From Candidatus Latescibacterota bacterium (GTDB lineage: Bacteria > Latescibacterota > UBA2968 > UBA8231), in contig OZ241867.1 in NCBI GenBank assembly GCA_965203175.1, forward strand, positions 3,744,001 to 3,808,000: a stretch of 64,000 nt of DNA, written 5' to 3'. This document shows, one piece after another, positions 29,167 through 38,549 of the stretch. Under the pieces are notes generated by a model that did no database searches, was not told the DNA's origin, and saw only the letters and a list, made by a program, of their open reading frames with translations. The first letter of the stretch is position 1. Each line of letters begins with the position of its first letter. Made by a program: the position numbers and the translations under genes.

Positions 29167-29254
29167 TGTTTTTTTCTCCTTTAGGGAATTGGCGATCCGA
29201 TTCTTCTCCGTTGGGATCGGTGGTTAGAATGAGGGTGAATTCGTGTAGTTTCAT
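29159..29254 (-). pseudogene. Truncated diverged copy of the 30151-30411 gene, running into the dnaK RBS/start
   Basis: [31 protein letters not shown] versus [24 protein letters not shown]; DNA 29193-29254 resembles 30350-30411. Confidence 0.8.
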
Positions 29255-29272
29255 GGTGCGTTCACTGCTCGT

Positions 29273-30151
29273 TCAGGCTGCTAGTTCCTTCCGTACCGCC
29301 TCGCGCTGGCTCCACATGATCGGCTTTACATCATAGCTTCGCAACGCTTCTAGCGTGTCCAGAGGCACTGTCTGTGCCGAGTCATTTAGCAGCGCATAGG
29401 CACGCGATTCGGGAGTGCGGATTTCCTTCGTGTCAACCCATGCGAGAACCACGGTCTGAGCGGTGGCGCGATTGGGTCGATTGATTGTCTGAATGATGCG
29501 CTCCGGTTGTTGCCGCGACTTCGGAATTACGAGATCGAACAGGTGGTCGTAGCCGGTCGTTCCGGTAAATTTCACTTTGGGCGTGTGCCTAATGTCGTTC
29601 GCATCGAACCAAGCAACCACATCCTCGTAAAACAGGCTCGTCACCACAGGCACAGCCAGATAGAACATATCATTAACGGCGAGCATTGCCTGCACGAGGT
29701 TGTGTTTGCGCGAAGCAAAGTTCCCCTCCGAGGCATGGATTTGCAACGCCTTGTCATCTTGCTTCACGCCAAAACCATTAAGCGTCATCTTGAGAAGTGC
29801 TTGTCGCTTGCGGCTGTCGAGCTTGCAGCCGCTTTGCTGCAAGTCATCTATAGTGTACCCATCGTCCGTTAGTAAGAATCCTCCGTTGGTCTTCTTGACG
29901 TATATCTGCACATAGTCGTTGTGGCGATCGAGGTAGGGCGTTGTGATTTCGACCCATTGGTCCAATTGGTGTAGTTCTGTCTTGTCCTTGAGCCAATCGT
30001 AATAGGTAGTGAGCAGATTCTGAATGTCTTGAATCATGCGAGCCCCCGGTTGATATAGGGGGGTGAAGTCGGTCTGCTCATCTGTTGCGCGGTGTTTTTC
30101 CATTGCGATTAAGGCGTCTGCCTCTGCTTGAGTCAGGTTGATGTCTGCCAC
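29273..30151 (-). CDS. DUF1828/DUF1829-like protein (main start probably ATG 30037), in frame with a stub of its usual upstream partner
   Basis: [50 protein letters not shown]. The first 38 aa ([14 protein letters not shown]) look like a separate DUF6978-like N-terminus. Confidence 0.7.
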   Translation of the reverse strand: MADINLTQAEADALIAMEKHRATDEQTDFTPLYQPGARMIQDIQNLLTTYYDWLKDKTELHQLDQWVEITTPYLDRHNDYVQIYVKKTNGGFLLTDDGYTIDDLQQSGCKLDSRKRQALLKMTLNGFGVKQDDKALQIHASEGNFASRKHNLVQAMLAVNDMFYLAVPVVTSLFYEDVVAWFDANDIRHTPKVKFTGTTGYDHLFDLVIPKSRQQPERIIQTINRPNRATAQTVVLAWVDTKEIRTPESRAYALLNDSAQTVPLDTLEALRSYDVKPIMWSQREAVRKELAA

Positions 30152-30411
30152 TATGTGATCGCGCTCGGTTTTGCGGTGAAAACTTGTAGCGGTTCAATTT
30201 TCACACGGACCACATCAAAGCCTGCTTTTCTGACCTGCGCCAGCGCAGAACTGATGGCTTCCTCCAACGACGGGGCTTCTCGGTGAAAGTGAACCTGCGG
30301 CACGCCAGCCATCGAGACAAGCGTACCATCATTGAAGATGCTGTAGAGACGATCCGATTCTTCTTCGTTGGGATCGGCTGTTAAAATAAGTGTGAATTCA
30401 TGCACTCTCAT
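30151..30411 (-). CDS. Small HicB-like/antitoxin-like protein
   Basis: HEFTLIL...[25 protein letters not shown]; follows hicAB. Confidence 0.55.
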   Translation of the reverse strand: MRVHEFTLILTADPNEEESDRLYSIFNDGTLVSMAGVPQVHFHREAPSLEEAISSALAQVRKAGFDVVRVKIEPLQVFTAKPSAIT

Positions 30412-30436
30412 GGTAAGTTCCTCTGGCGAAGTACTC

Positions 30437-30649
30437 TTATGCTGCGACTTCGATATAAGCGGACTTCGCAGATGGCTGCGGTATGGGGAATCCCTCCTCC
30501 TTCAGGCCCTCGACATGAAACGCGATCGCTTCCTTCATATTCGCTTCGGTTTCTTCTTCCGTAGCACCTGTCGCTACACAACCTAAGAGATCCGGCGAGT
30601 ACGCTGAGAAGCCTGTCTCGGTCTTTTCCACGACGATTAGGTATTTCAT
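30437..30649 (-). CDS. hicB: HicB-family antitoxin
   Basis: GFSAYSPDLLGCVATGATEEE..NMKEAIAFHVEGL. Confidence 0.9.
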   Translation of the reverse strand: MKYLIVVEKTETGFSAYSPDLLGCVATGATEEETEANMKEAIAFHVEGLKEEGFPIPQPSAKSAYIEVAA

Positions 30650-30834
30650 TCTTTTAACCCTGCTTTCTTCAATATGCTGTTAAGAGTACCAATAGCCAGA
30701 TCGTCACCCAAACGTCCGGGCACCGTTATCAGCTCTCGCTTGGCGGGGTGCTTGAATTGCCGATGACTTCCACGCATCCTGACTTGGTACCAGCCGTCCC
30801 TTTCGAGCATTCGCACCACCTCTCGGACCTTCAT
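30646..30834 (-). CDS. hicA: HicA-family toxin
   Basis: LERDGWYQVRMRGSHRQFKHP..GTLNSILKKAGL. Confidence 0.92.
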   Translation of the reverse strand: MKVREVVRMLERDGWYQVRMRGSHRQFKHPAKRELITVPGRLGDDLAIGTLNSILKKAGLKE

Positions 30835-31026
30835 AAATAATAAAGATTTCTCTCAATAGGCTCTATTTTGATACTTATATATCTGAGTGCCCAAAAACCA
30901 TTCAACTCATTGAGGACGTTATAGTTATGTCTATAAAGATAGGGAATTATATACTTGACCAAGCATAGATTGCCTAACCGTTTGTATTTTAGGAAGTTTA
31001 TATAAAATAGTTAAGCATATAATTTC

Positions 31027-32007
31027 CTATCTTTGGCGTGGCCTGACCTGACCCTTCTGAAGTCCGGATACAACTCGAAGGTCCTCCATCTCTTGATCCG
31101 ATACCTTAGAGCCACAGATGATCTCGTCCAAGCTCAGAGTGTAGAACTGATTCTTGAACGGTACGGCAATGAATTCTCGGATTACCTGACCTTGATCGCC
31201 CTTTGTCTCTTTGATGGGAAACACATTCATAAGGCCTTGATAGAGCCTGTAGTCAAAAGTGATGCGGGTCTCGGTCTCCCAATCGTACATTTTTCGCTTG
31301 TAGAACCGGGCGAATTTGTCTACGCCGTCAATGATGAGCTCCCTATCGAACTCTTGACGAAACGCATCTCTGATGCTCTTGATGAAGGAGAAGCGCTGGC
31401 CATCGTCGTAGACGACATCTCTCAAGTCCCAGCATTCCGCGGTATTCACATCAACCTTCGACAGCCGCAAACACAAGCAAACCCCTTTGTCACAAGCTGC
31501 ATACTCAGTCCAGAACCTTTCAATCTCAGACTTACTGGTTAAACACAACACAAACAGTTTTCGCTTGTAATCATCAATCTTGTCACCATCAATTCTGTCC
31601 TCCGAGTAACCGCAAAGGCGAATGAACTCCGAGTACTCAGCATGGTCGTTGGCCTCGAAGTACTTCATGGCTGTGAACTGCAGGGCCTTCTTCTCAACAG
31701 ACTTGAGGGCATAGTCGTACTTGAGGAAGTGATAGAAGAGGACCTGATCCTCCTGCCTTCTGTCTCGAGCGGTTGACGAGAATGCATTCAAGAGCGTGTC
31801 TCGCCCATCCGAAACAGTTGACATCAGCCAGACAAACTTGCCACGGTCATCCTCACAGAAGTCGTCTGGCCGCAAAGTGCCGACAACCGAAGCGAACTCA
31901 CTTCCTCTGAGACTGCTGTTCACGATCTCTGCCATGCGTTGGCGTTGAGCATCGGTGAATCTATTGGCCGGTTCCTCCATGAGCTTGATGATTTCACGGT
32001 GGTCCAT
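31027..32007 (-). CDS. DUF2971-like protein, lower GC than its flanks
   Basis: FVLCLT..FWTEYA..KGVCL..KRKMYDWETETR resembles the DUF2971 pattern; AT-rich spacers on both sides. Confidence 0.55.
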   Translation of the reverse strand: MDHREIIKLMEEPANRFTDAQRQRMAEIVNSSLRGSEFASVVGTLRPDDFCEDDRGKFVWLMSTVSDGRDTLLNAFSSTARDRRQEDQVLFYHFLKYDYALKSVEKKALQFTAMKYFEANDHAEYSEFIRLCGYSEDRIDGDKIDDYKRKLFVLCLTSKSEIERFWTEYAACDKGVCLCLRLSKVDVNTAECWDLRDVVYDDGQRFSFIKSIRDAFRQEFDRELIIDGVDKFARFYKRKMYDWETETRITFDYRLYQGLMNVFPIKETKGDQGQVIREFIAVPFKNQFYTLSLDEIICGSKVSDQEMEDLRVVSGLQKGQVRPRQR

Positions 32008-32341
32008 GTCAGTCTGTCTCCTTAAGAAGCGTTTTTAAAACCCCGTCAGGCTGCTTTGTCGGGCTATCGAGAGGCCTTGGCGGATCCCCCGGTCCTAGAT
32101 GTTTTGAGCTGAGAGAAAGACCGAACCTCTAGTTTTAAGGACGATTCTAAATTATTCATGAGTGGTAATCCCCTTTCTTGAAGGGGTTTCGGCTTAACCT
32201 GCGACGTAAAACGCTATTGCTCTTTTAATAGTAGCAAGATACGTACCACCCTAATTAAGAATAAAATCGGCTAAAAAGTGCATTTCAGCGACAGGATGGC
32301 AGCGATTCGTGCTATCGTGTCATTAATATGAACGCGGCACA

Positions 32342-32370
32342 TTGACAGGGTGCTGCCATCCGGCTAGATT
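32342..32370 (+). promoter_or_regulatory. sigma70-like promoter of uvrB
   Basis: TTGACA-17 nt-TAGATT, followed by an AAGGAGG RBS. Confidence 0.65.
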
Positions 32371-32391
32371 GGCCGCTAGCAAGGAGGATAC

Positions 32392-34386
32392 ATGGATCAG
32401 TTCAAACTGGTTGCCGATTACTCGCCTGCTGGCGACCAACCCCAAGCCATCGCCGAGCTAGCCGAGGGCGTGCGGCAGCAGCACGCCCAACAGACGCTTT
32501 TGGGCGTGACCGGCAGCGGCAAAACCTTCACCATGGCCAACGTCATTGAGGAGTTGCAGATGCCGGCCTTGGTCATCTCGCACAACAAGACGCTGGCCGC
32601 CCAACTCTACGGCGAACTCAAGGGATATTTCCCCGACAATGCGGTCGAGTATTTCGTCAGCTACTACGACTACTATCAGCCCGAAGCCTACAAGCCGAGC
32701 ACGGACACGTATATCGAGAAGGAGGTCGAGCGCAACGAGGAGATTGACCGCTTGCGGCTCAAGGCCATCACCTCGCTGTTGCAGCGCCGCGATGTGGTCG
32801 TCGTCGCCACGGTCTCGTGCATTTACGGCATTGGCTCGCCCCGCGAATACGACGAGCAGAAGGTCTCCCTGCGGCGGGGCGAGCAAATCGAGCGCGACGA
32901 CATTTTGCGCGCCTTGATAGACATCTATTACAGCCGCAATGATTTCGAACTGCAACGCGGCTGCTTTCGGGTGCGGGGCGATATCGTCGAGATTGTGCCT
33001 GGGTCGGAAGACCGCGCCGTGCGCATTGAGATGTTTGGCGACGAGATCGAGGGCATTTACCTGATCGACGCGCTCACCGGCGAGGTGCTAGAGCCGCGCG
33101 AACACGTCAGCCTCTTCCCAGCCAAAGCCTACGTGACCGACGAGGAGCGGACAGAGCAAGCCTGTGAGCAAATCCTCGTCGAGCTAGAGAGTCATCTCCT
33201 CGACTTGCGCACCGAACACAAGCTGGTGGAGGCCCAGCGGCTAGAGACGCGCACCAAGTACGACGTGGAATTGATCCGCGAGGTCGGCTTCTGTCCGGGG
33301 ATCGAAAACTACTCGCGCTACATGGACGGCCGCCAGCCGGGTTCCGCGCCGTATGTATTGCTCGATTACTTTCCCGAGGATTACCTGCTTTTTATCGACG
33401 AGTCGCACGTGACCGTGCCGCAAATCCGGGGCATGTTTCGCGGGGACCGCTCGCGCAAGGAGACCTTGGTCGAGCACGGCTTCCGCCTGCCGTCGGCCTA
33501 CGACAATCGGCCGCTGGTGTTCAAGGAGTTTGAGGAGCGGATGGGATGGACGGTCTTCGTGTCGGCCACGCCGGCCGAGTACGAACTGAAGCAGTCGGGT
33601 GGCGTGGTAGTCGAACAGGTGATCCGGCCCACGGGGTTGGTTGATCCCTCTATTGAAGTGCGGCCCCAAGAGGGACAGATCGACGATCTCGTCGAGGAGA
33701 TAAGGCAGCGGGCCGAAAAGCGCGAGCGGGTTTTGGTCACGACCATGACCAAGCGCATGGCCGAAAACCTCGCCGACTACTTTGAACAGCTCGACATCCG
33801 CGTGCGCTATCTGCATTCGGATATTGAGACGTTGGACCGCGTCGAGATCCTCCGCGATTTGCGCTTAGGGGAGTTTGACGTGCTGGTGGGGATCAACCTC
33901 CTGCGCGAAGGCTTGGATTTGCCCGAGGTCTCGCTGGTGGCCGTGCTCGACGCCAGCAAGGAGGGCTTTCTGCGCTCGGAGGTCGCACTGATCCAAACGG
34001 TTGGCCGCGCAGCCCGCAACGCCGCCGGCATGGTGATCTTCTACGCCGACCACGTCACCAATTCGATGCAGAAGGCCATAGACGAGACCTATCGCCGCCG
34101 CCACAAGCAGGAGGCGTACAACGCCGAGCACGCCATTGTGCCGGAGACGATATACCGCAGCCGGGAAGAGATTATCCAAGCGACCTCAGTGCTCGAAAGC
34201 GTGCGCGGCCTTGCGCCCGAATTGGCAGCCGAGCCGACGATCAACTACCAAGAAATAGAAGACCAAGAGGAACTGCTCGCCGATTTGGAGCAGCAAATGA
34301 AGGCCGCGGCGGCCAACTTGGAGTTTGAGAAAGCCGCGTACCTGCGCGATGAAATCACGCGGCTCAAGGAGCAGCAGGTGAGTTGA
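32392..34386 (+). CDS. uvrB: Excinuclease ABC subunit B
   Basis: [37 protein letters not shown] and a C-terminal UVR domain. Confidence 0.98.
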   Translation: MDQFKLVADYSPAGDQPQAIAELAEGVRQQHAQQTLLGVTGSGKTFTMANVIEELQMPALVISHNKTLAAQLYGELKGYFPDNAVEYFVSYYDYYQPEAYKPSTDTYIEKEVERNEEIDRLRLKAITSLLQRRDVVVVATVSCIYGIGSPREYDEQKVSLRRGEQIERDDILRALIDIYYSRNDFELQRGCFRVRGDIVEIVPGSEDRAVRIEMFGDEIEGIYLIDALTGEVLEPREHVSLFPAKAYVTDEERTEQACEQILVELESHLLDLRTEHKLVEAQRLETRTKYDVELIREVGFCPGIENYSRYMDGRQPGSAPYVLLDYFPEDYLLFIDESHVTVPQIRGMFRGDRSRKETLVEHGFRLPSAYDNRPLVFKEFEERMGWTVFVSATPAEYELKQSGGVVVEQVIRPTGLVDPSIEVRPQEGQIDDLVEEIRQRAEKRERVLVTTMTKRMAENLADYFEQLDIRVRYLHSDIETLDRVEILRDLRLGEFDVLVGINLLREGLDLPEVSLVAVLDASKEGFLRSEVALIQTVGRAARNAAGMVIFYADHVTNSMQKAIDETYRRRHKQEAYNAEHAIVPETIYRSREEIIQATSVLESVRGLAPELAAEPTINYQEIEDQEELLADLEQQMKAAAANLEFEKAAYLRDEITRLKEQQVS

Positions 34387-34404
34387 AAGCCGCGGCGGCT
34401 AAAT

Positions 34405-34433
34405 TTGACCTACGGCATTGCCCACCTTAGATT
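34405..34433 (+). promoter_or_regulatory. sigma70-like promoter of the ABC ATPase gene
   Basis: TTGACC-17 nt-TAGATT. Confidence 0.5.
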
Positions 34434-34475
34434 GATCCGGTCTTGCAGAAGCAACATCAAATGTAGGAGCACATT

Positions 34476-35225
34476 ATGTCCAATGGCCGTGATATAATCG
34501 TCGATGTCCGAGACGTCAAGATGGTTTACAATGCCAAAAACCGCGACGAATCGACCCATGTTCACGCACTGCGCGGTTTGACCGTCCAGGTGTACGAGAA
34601 CGAGTTTTTTGCCATCATGGGGCCTTCTGGGTCGGGGAAGAGCACGCTTTTTAATATGATCGGCGCCCTGCAGACGCCCACCGACGGCGAGGTACTTATT
34701 GAGGGCGTCAATCTGGCCTCGCTCAACACGCAGCAGCTAGCCGCGGTGCGCTGCTTTGAGCTGGGTTACATTTTCCAGACCTACAATCTCTTGCCGGTGA
34801 TGAGCGCGCTGATGAACGTGTCGCTGCCCACGGTGTTTGCCGGCATGACCACGGCCGAGGGCGAAAGGCGGGCCATGGAGTGTTTGAAGATCGTCGGGCT
34901 AGGCGATCGGGCACACCACATCCCCTCCGAGCTGTCGGGCGGTCAGCAACAGCGCGTCGCCATTGCCCGCGCGTTCGTCAACAAGCCGCGCATCATCCTC
35001 GCCGACGAGCCGACGGGTAACCTCGACAGCAATACGGGGCAAGAGATCATCAGCTACATGAAGAGCCTGCAACAGGAGATGGGAACGACGATCATTACCG
35101 TGACCCACGACGACAAAATGCTCACGGCTGCCGACCGCATGGCCTGGATCCGCGATGGGCGGCTAGAGCGGGTAGCCAATCGCGAAGACATCGAGATCCA
35201 GGTGGGCAGCATCAAAGAGCACTAA
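34476..35225 (+). CDS. ABC transporter ATP-binding protein (LolD/MacB-type)
   Basis: [31 protein letters not shown] and VTHD. Confidence 0.93.
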   Translation: MSNGRDIIVDVRDVKMVYNAKNRDESTHVHALRGLTVQVYENEFFAIMGPSGSGKSTLFNMIGALQTPTDGEVLIEGVNLASLNTQQLAAVRCFELGYIFQTYNLLPVMSALMNVSLPTVFAGMTTAEGERRAMECLKIVGLGDRAHHIPSELSGGQQQRVAIARAFVNKPRIILADEPTGNLDSNTGQEIISYMKSLQQEMGTTIITVTHDDKMLTAADRMAWIRDGRLERVANREDIEIQVGSIKEH

Positions 35226-35250
35226 ATCGACTTCGGCCAAGACAGAATCT

Positions 35251-35290
35251 AAAAAAGCGCCCGATGCTGACGGAGCATCGGGCGCTTTTT
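35251..35290. terminator. Bidirectional intrinsic terminator
   Basis: aaaaaagcgcccgatgct-gacgg-agcatcgggcgcttttt between convergent genes. Confidence 0.88.
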
Positions 35291-35454
35291 CGCGTTTACT
35301 TCGCTCGAGAAAAGCGTTCAATCCGGCCAAATCCCTGCTCGCCGGCATTGTAGTGGACCACCGCGTCGTAGTCTTGGGTCGCGAATTGGCGGACGAGGCC
35401 GCGCCAATCCCAGTCTAGGAGCCCGTGACTAAACAAGCCGGGCGCGACAAAAGC

Positions 35455-36438
35455 CTAACCTCGCTGGGAGAGGACGGTCTCGACGATTCGCTCTTGGCTG
35501 GGAATGGTCGGCATCTCGAGGGTGGGGCTGAAGGGGATGGGCACGTCGGCCGCGCCAATGCGCAAGACGGGGGCGTCGAGCCAATCGAATGCCTCGGCGT
35601 TGAGGATGGAAGCAAGTTCGGCCGTGGTGCCGTAGCGCTCGACACCTTCGTCAATCACCACCGCATAGCCGGTTTTGCGCACCGAGGCGAGCAGAGTCTC
35701 CTTGTCCAGCGGCACGAGAGTGCGCGGATCGACGACCTCGGCTTCTAGCCCTTGGGCGGCAAGATCTTCCGCTGCGGCCAAGGCGACGCCGACCATGCTG
35801 GAGGTGGCGACGAGGGTCAAGTCAGTGCCGGCGCGCTTGACCTCGGCCTCGCCAAAGGGAATGAGGAAATCGTCTTCTTCGGGCACGGGGCCGGAGTCGT
35901 TGTACATCATCTTGTCTTCGAAGAACAGCACGGGATTGTCGTCGCGGATCGCGGTCTTGAGCAGGCCCTTGGCGTCGCGCGGAGTAGCGGGGATGGCGAC
36001 TTTGAGGCCGGGGATATGAGCGAAAAGCGCGTGCAAGCTCTGCGAGTGCTGCGCGGCTGAAGAACGCCCGGCTCCCATCGACAGCCGGATCGTCAGCGGA
36101 ACTTTGCACTGGCCGCCCGACATGTAGCGAATCTTGGCCGCCTGATTGACGATTTGGTCCATAGTCAACAGCGAAAAGTCGCCGAACATCAGCTCGCACA
36201 GCGGGCGCATGCCAGTCATGGCGGCCCCAACGCCGAGTCCGATGTAGCCCGCCTCGGCAATGGGGGTGTCGATGACGCGCTCAGCGCCGAATTCCTCGAA
36301 GAGACCCTCGCAGCATTTGAAGATGCCGCCAGAGGCCCCCACGTCCTCGCCCATGAGAAAGACGGTCTCGTCGCGGCGCATTTCCTCGGCCGTGGCTAGG
36401 CCGATCGCCTCTCTAAACAGCATGTCCCGATCAGGCAT
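35455..36438 (-). CDS. 2-oxoacid/acetoin dehydrogenase E1 beta subunit
   Basis: MGEDVG, DTPIAE, QHSQS and VVDPRTLVPLD; ATG 36438 overlaps the E1 alpha end. Confidence 0.93.
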   Translation of the reverse strand: MPDRDMLFREAIGLATAEEMRRDETVFLMGEDVGASGGIFKCCEGLFEEFGAERVIDTPIAEAGYIGLGVGAAMTGMRPLCELMFGDFSLLTMDQIVNQAAKIRYMSGGQCKVPLTIRLSMGAGRSSAAQHSQSLHALFAHIPGLKVAIPATPRDAKGLLKTAIRDDNPVLFFEDKMMYNDSGPVPEEDDFLIPFGEAEVKRAGTDLTLVATSSMVGVALAAAEDLAAQGLEAEVVDPRTLVPLDKETLLASVRKTGYAVVIDEGVERYGTTAELASILNAEAFDWLDAPVLRIGAADVPIPFSPTLEMPTIPSQERIVETVLSQRG

Positions 36439-37441
36439 ATATATCCTCAAAAGCTTGTTCTGGCGGGGGAAAGTCGGATTCTTTGCCGAATTCAATGGCG
36501 TCGAGGACTTCGCGCTCTACTTGCTCGTACAGGGCGTCGAGTTCGGCCTGTTTGGCGACCCGGTTGGCGACCATGTACTGGCCCAACAAGCGAATGGGAT
36601 CCTTGTTTTCAGACCACCAGCCGACCTCATCGCGAGTGCGGTAGGTCTGGGCGTCGCCGACGTGATGCCCGTGGTAGCGGTAGGTTTTAGCTTCGATCAG
36701 GCTCGGGCCGCCGCCCTTGCGCGCCTTGGTCACGGCTGCGGTTACTTTTTCGTACATCTCCAGCACATCGGCCCCGTCGGCGATGATCCCTTCGAGGCCA
36801 AGCCCCTTGGCGCGGTCGGCAATGTCGGTGACGCCGGTGACGCTCTCGTAGGGGGTGTGCTCGCCGTATTGGTTGTTCTCGCAGATGTAGATAACCGGCA
36901 GGTTCCAGATCACGGCCATGTTAATGGTTTCGAGCATGATGCCTTGGTTGGCCGCGCCGTCGCCAAAGAAGCAGACGCCCACTTGATCACTGCCGCGCAG
37001 TTTGGCCGATAGGCCGGCACCAGTGCAGATGCCGAAGCCGCCCCCGACAATGCCGTTGGCACCGAGGATGCCCAGCGACATATCGGCGATGTGCATGGAC
37101 CCGCCCTTGCCGCGACAATAGCCAGCTTCCTTGCCCATAATCTCGGCCATCATGCGGTCGAGCTGGCCGCCTTTGGCCAGACAGTGCCCGTGGCCGCGGT
37201 GCGTGCTGGTGATGTAGTCGTCGTCGCGCAAGGCCGCGCAAGTGCCGACGGCCACGCCTTCCTCGCCGATGTAGAGGTGGGCTAGGCCAGGCATCAGGCC
37301 GCGGGTATAGACGTCCCAGACGTGCTCTTCAAAGAGGCGAATCTCCGACATCTTGCGGTACATGAACCACAGTTTGTCGGGCGCGGCCCGGAGCTTGGTT
37401 TTCTTTGCTTTAGGTTTTTTGCGGGCAGTTGTCTTCGCCAT
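36431..37441 (-). CDS. TPP-dependent dehydrogenase E1 alpha subunit
   Basis: HRGHGH, GKGGSMH, GDGAANQG..ENNQY and TYRYHGH. Confidence 0.93.
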   Translation of the reverse strand: MAKTTARKKPKAKKTKLRAAPDKLWFMYRKMSEIRLFEEHVWDVYTRGLMPGLAHLYIGEEGVAVGTCAALRDDDYITSTHRGHGHCLAKGGQLDRMMAEIMGKEAGYCRGKGGSMHIADMSLGILGANGIVGGGFGICTGAGLSAKLRGSDQVGVCFFGDGAANQGIMLETINMAVIWNLPVIYICENNQYGEHTPYESVTGVTDIADRAKGLGLEGIIADGADVLEMYEKVTAAVTKARKGGGPSLIEAKTYRYHGHHVGDAQTYRTRDEVGWWSENKDPIRLLGQYMVANRVAKQAELDALYEQVEREVLDAIEFGKESDFPPPEQAFEDIYA

Positions 37442-37507
37442 GTATGCTATCTCCGGCAATACTCGTTAGGGCAAAAAATAAGCGAGGTGGGTCCGGTATC
37501 GTCAAGC

Positions 37508-37550
37508 GCGAAAAAGCCGGGAAACCCGTGGGGCATCCCGGCTTTTTCGC
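37508..37550 (-). terminator. Intrinsic terminator after the ferredoxin gene
   Basis: gcgaaaaagccggga...tcccggctttttcgc hairpin with T-tract. Confidence 0.75.
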
Positions 37551-37566
37551 ACGAAGGGCGGGATGC

Positions 37567-37881
37567 CTAGCTCGTTTTTTCGAATTCGGCGGCGTGTTCT
37601 TGCTTCCACTGGTTCCATTCGTCGGCATCGTCGCGTAGCTCAAAGTACTTGGTGTTGATCTCGACGAAGCGGTCTTGATCCTCGGGCATGTCCTCTTCGG
37701 CGAAGATCGCCTCGACCGGGCACTCTGGCTCGCAGGCACCGCAATCAATGCACTCGTCCGGGTCGATGTAGAGCATGGGTTCGCCGTCGCCGTCGATCGG
37801 ATGGATGCAGTCCACGGGGCAAACCTCGACGCAGGCTTTGTCTTTGACGTCGATGCAGGTTTCAGTGATGTAGTAAGCCAT
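37567..37881 (-). CDS. Dicluster (7Fe-type) ferredoxin
   Basis: CIDVKDKACVEVCPVDC..CIDCGACEPECP. Confidence 0.93.
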   Translation of the reverse strand: MAYYITETCIDVKDKACVEVCPVDCIHPIDGDGEPMLYIDPDECIDCGACEPECPVEAIFAEEDMPEDQDRFVEINTKYFELRDDADEWNQWKQEHAAEFEKTS

Positions 37882-37964
37882 GGGTTCCTCCCAATAAGGT
37901 GCTATTGCTTCATTGTTTCTTTGAATTGGGAACTATCGCAAAAATACGGGCCACTTTGTCCCTG

Positions 37965-38543
37965 TCAAGCGGCGAGATTATCCAGTAGGGTCGCTGTGTC
38001 GGCGTTGGTTTGGCAGCGTATTTTCAGATTGAGGCGCAGCTCGGAGGCGGGGTCGCGCTCTATTGCGTACTCGGCACCGGCAAAGAGTTGGGCGAGTACC
38101 GGGTCGAGGGCCGCCCGCAGGGTGTTTTCGCCTGCGTCGTCGTTGGTTGCATTGAGGCGATCGTTGGCTACGAGGAGCAAGTCGCCGCTGCGGAACTTGA
38201 CTTTGCCCGCTAGGCTGGGCTCTTCTTCGAGGCGTCGGCAGGCGGTGAGCGCCGCTTTGAAGGCACTGGCAAGCCGCTCAGTCAGGTCGCCGTCGGCGGG
38301 TTGTTTGCGCGAGTAGAGCAAACCCATCTCGGCGCTGTGGTTGTCGAGGCTGTAGTTGGCTTCGTGGCCGACGAGCAGGGTCAGCGGTCCTTCGTCTAGG
38401 TGGCTGTAGTCGGCCACGTCGATGAGGACTTCGTCTGGGGTCGTCGGAATCCAGCTATTGAAGACGCGAAAAGCCTCTTCGGCCGATAGGGACCCGGGAT
38501 CTTCGAGATAAAATTTTACGTTGATGCGCTGTAGAGATTCCAT
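37965..38543 (-). CDS. Hypothetical protein coupled to the sulfite/nitrite reductase
   Basis: 192-aa ORF 6 bp downstream of the reductase; motif LIDVADYSH..GP..L.GHEANYSLD. Confidence 0.7.
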   Translation of the reverse strand: MESLQRINVKFYLEDPGSLSAEEAFRVFNSWIPTTPDEVLIDVADYSHLDEGPLTLLVGHEANYSLDNHSAEMGLLYSRKQPADGDLTERLASAFKAALTACRRLEEEPSLAGKVKFRSGDLLLVANDRLNATNDDAGENTLRAALDPVLAQLFAGAEYAIERDPASELRLNLKIRCQTNADTATLLDNLAA

Positions 38544-38549
38544 AGAGAC

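Noticed and set aside
30868-30893. CIRCE-like element (ttgatactt-N8-gagtgccca) upstream of the hicA...dnaK unit
   Set aside because: Only one half-site resembles GAGTGCTAA and the spacing is off; too degenerate to call.
32020-32220. Possible IS end or MITE upstream of the DUF2971-like gene
   Set aside because: No matching terminal inverted repeat or target-site duplication could be identified.
34298-34408. tgaaagccgcggcggctaa just after uvrB resembles tgaaggccgcggcggccaa within its 3' end
   Set aside because: Short, GC-rich and imperfect; could be chance.
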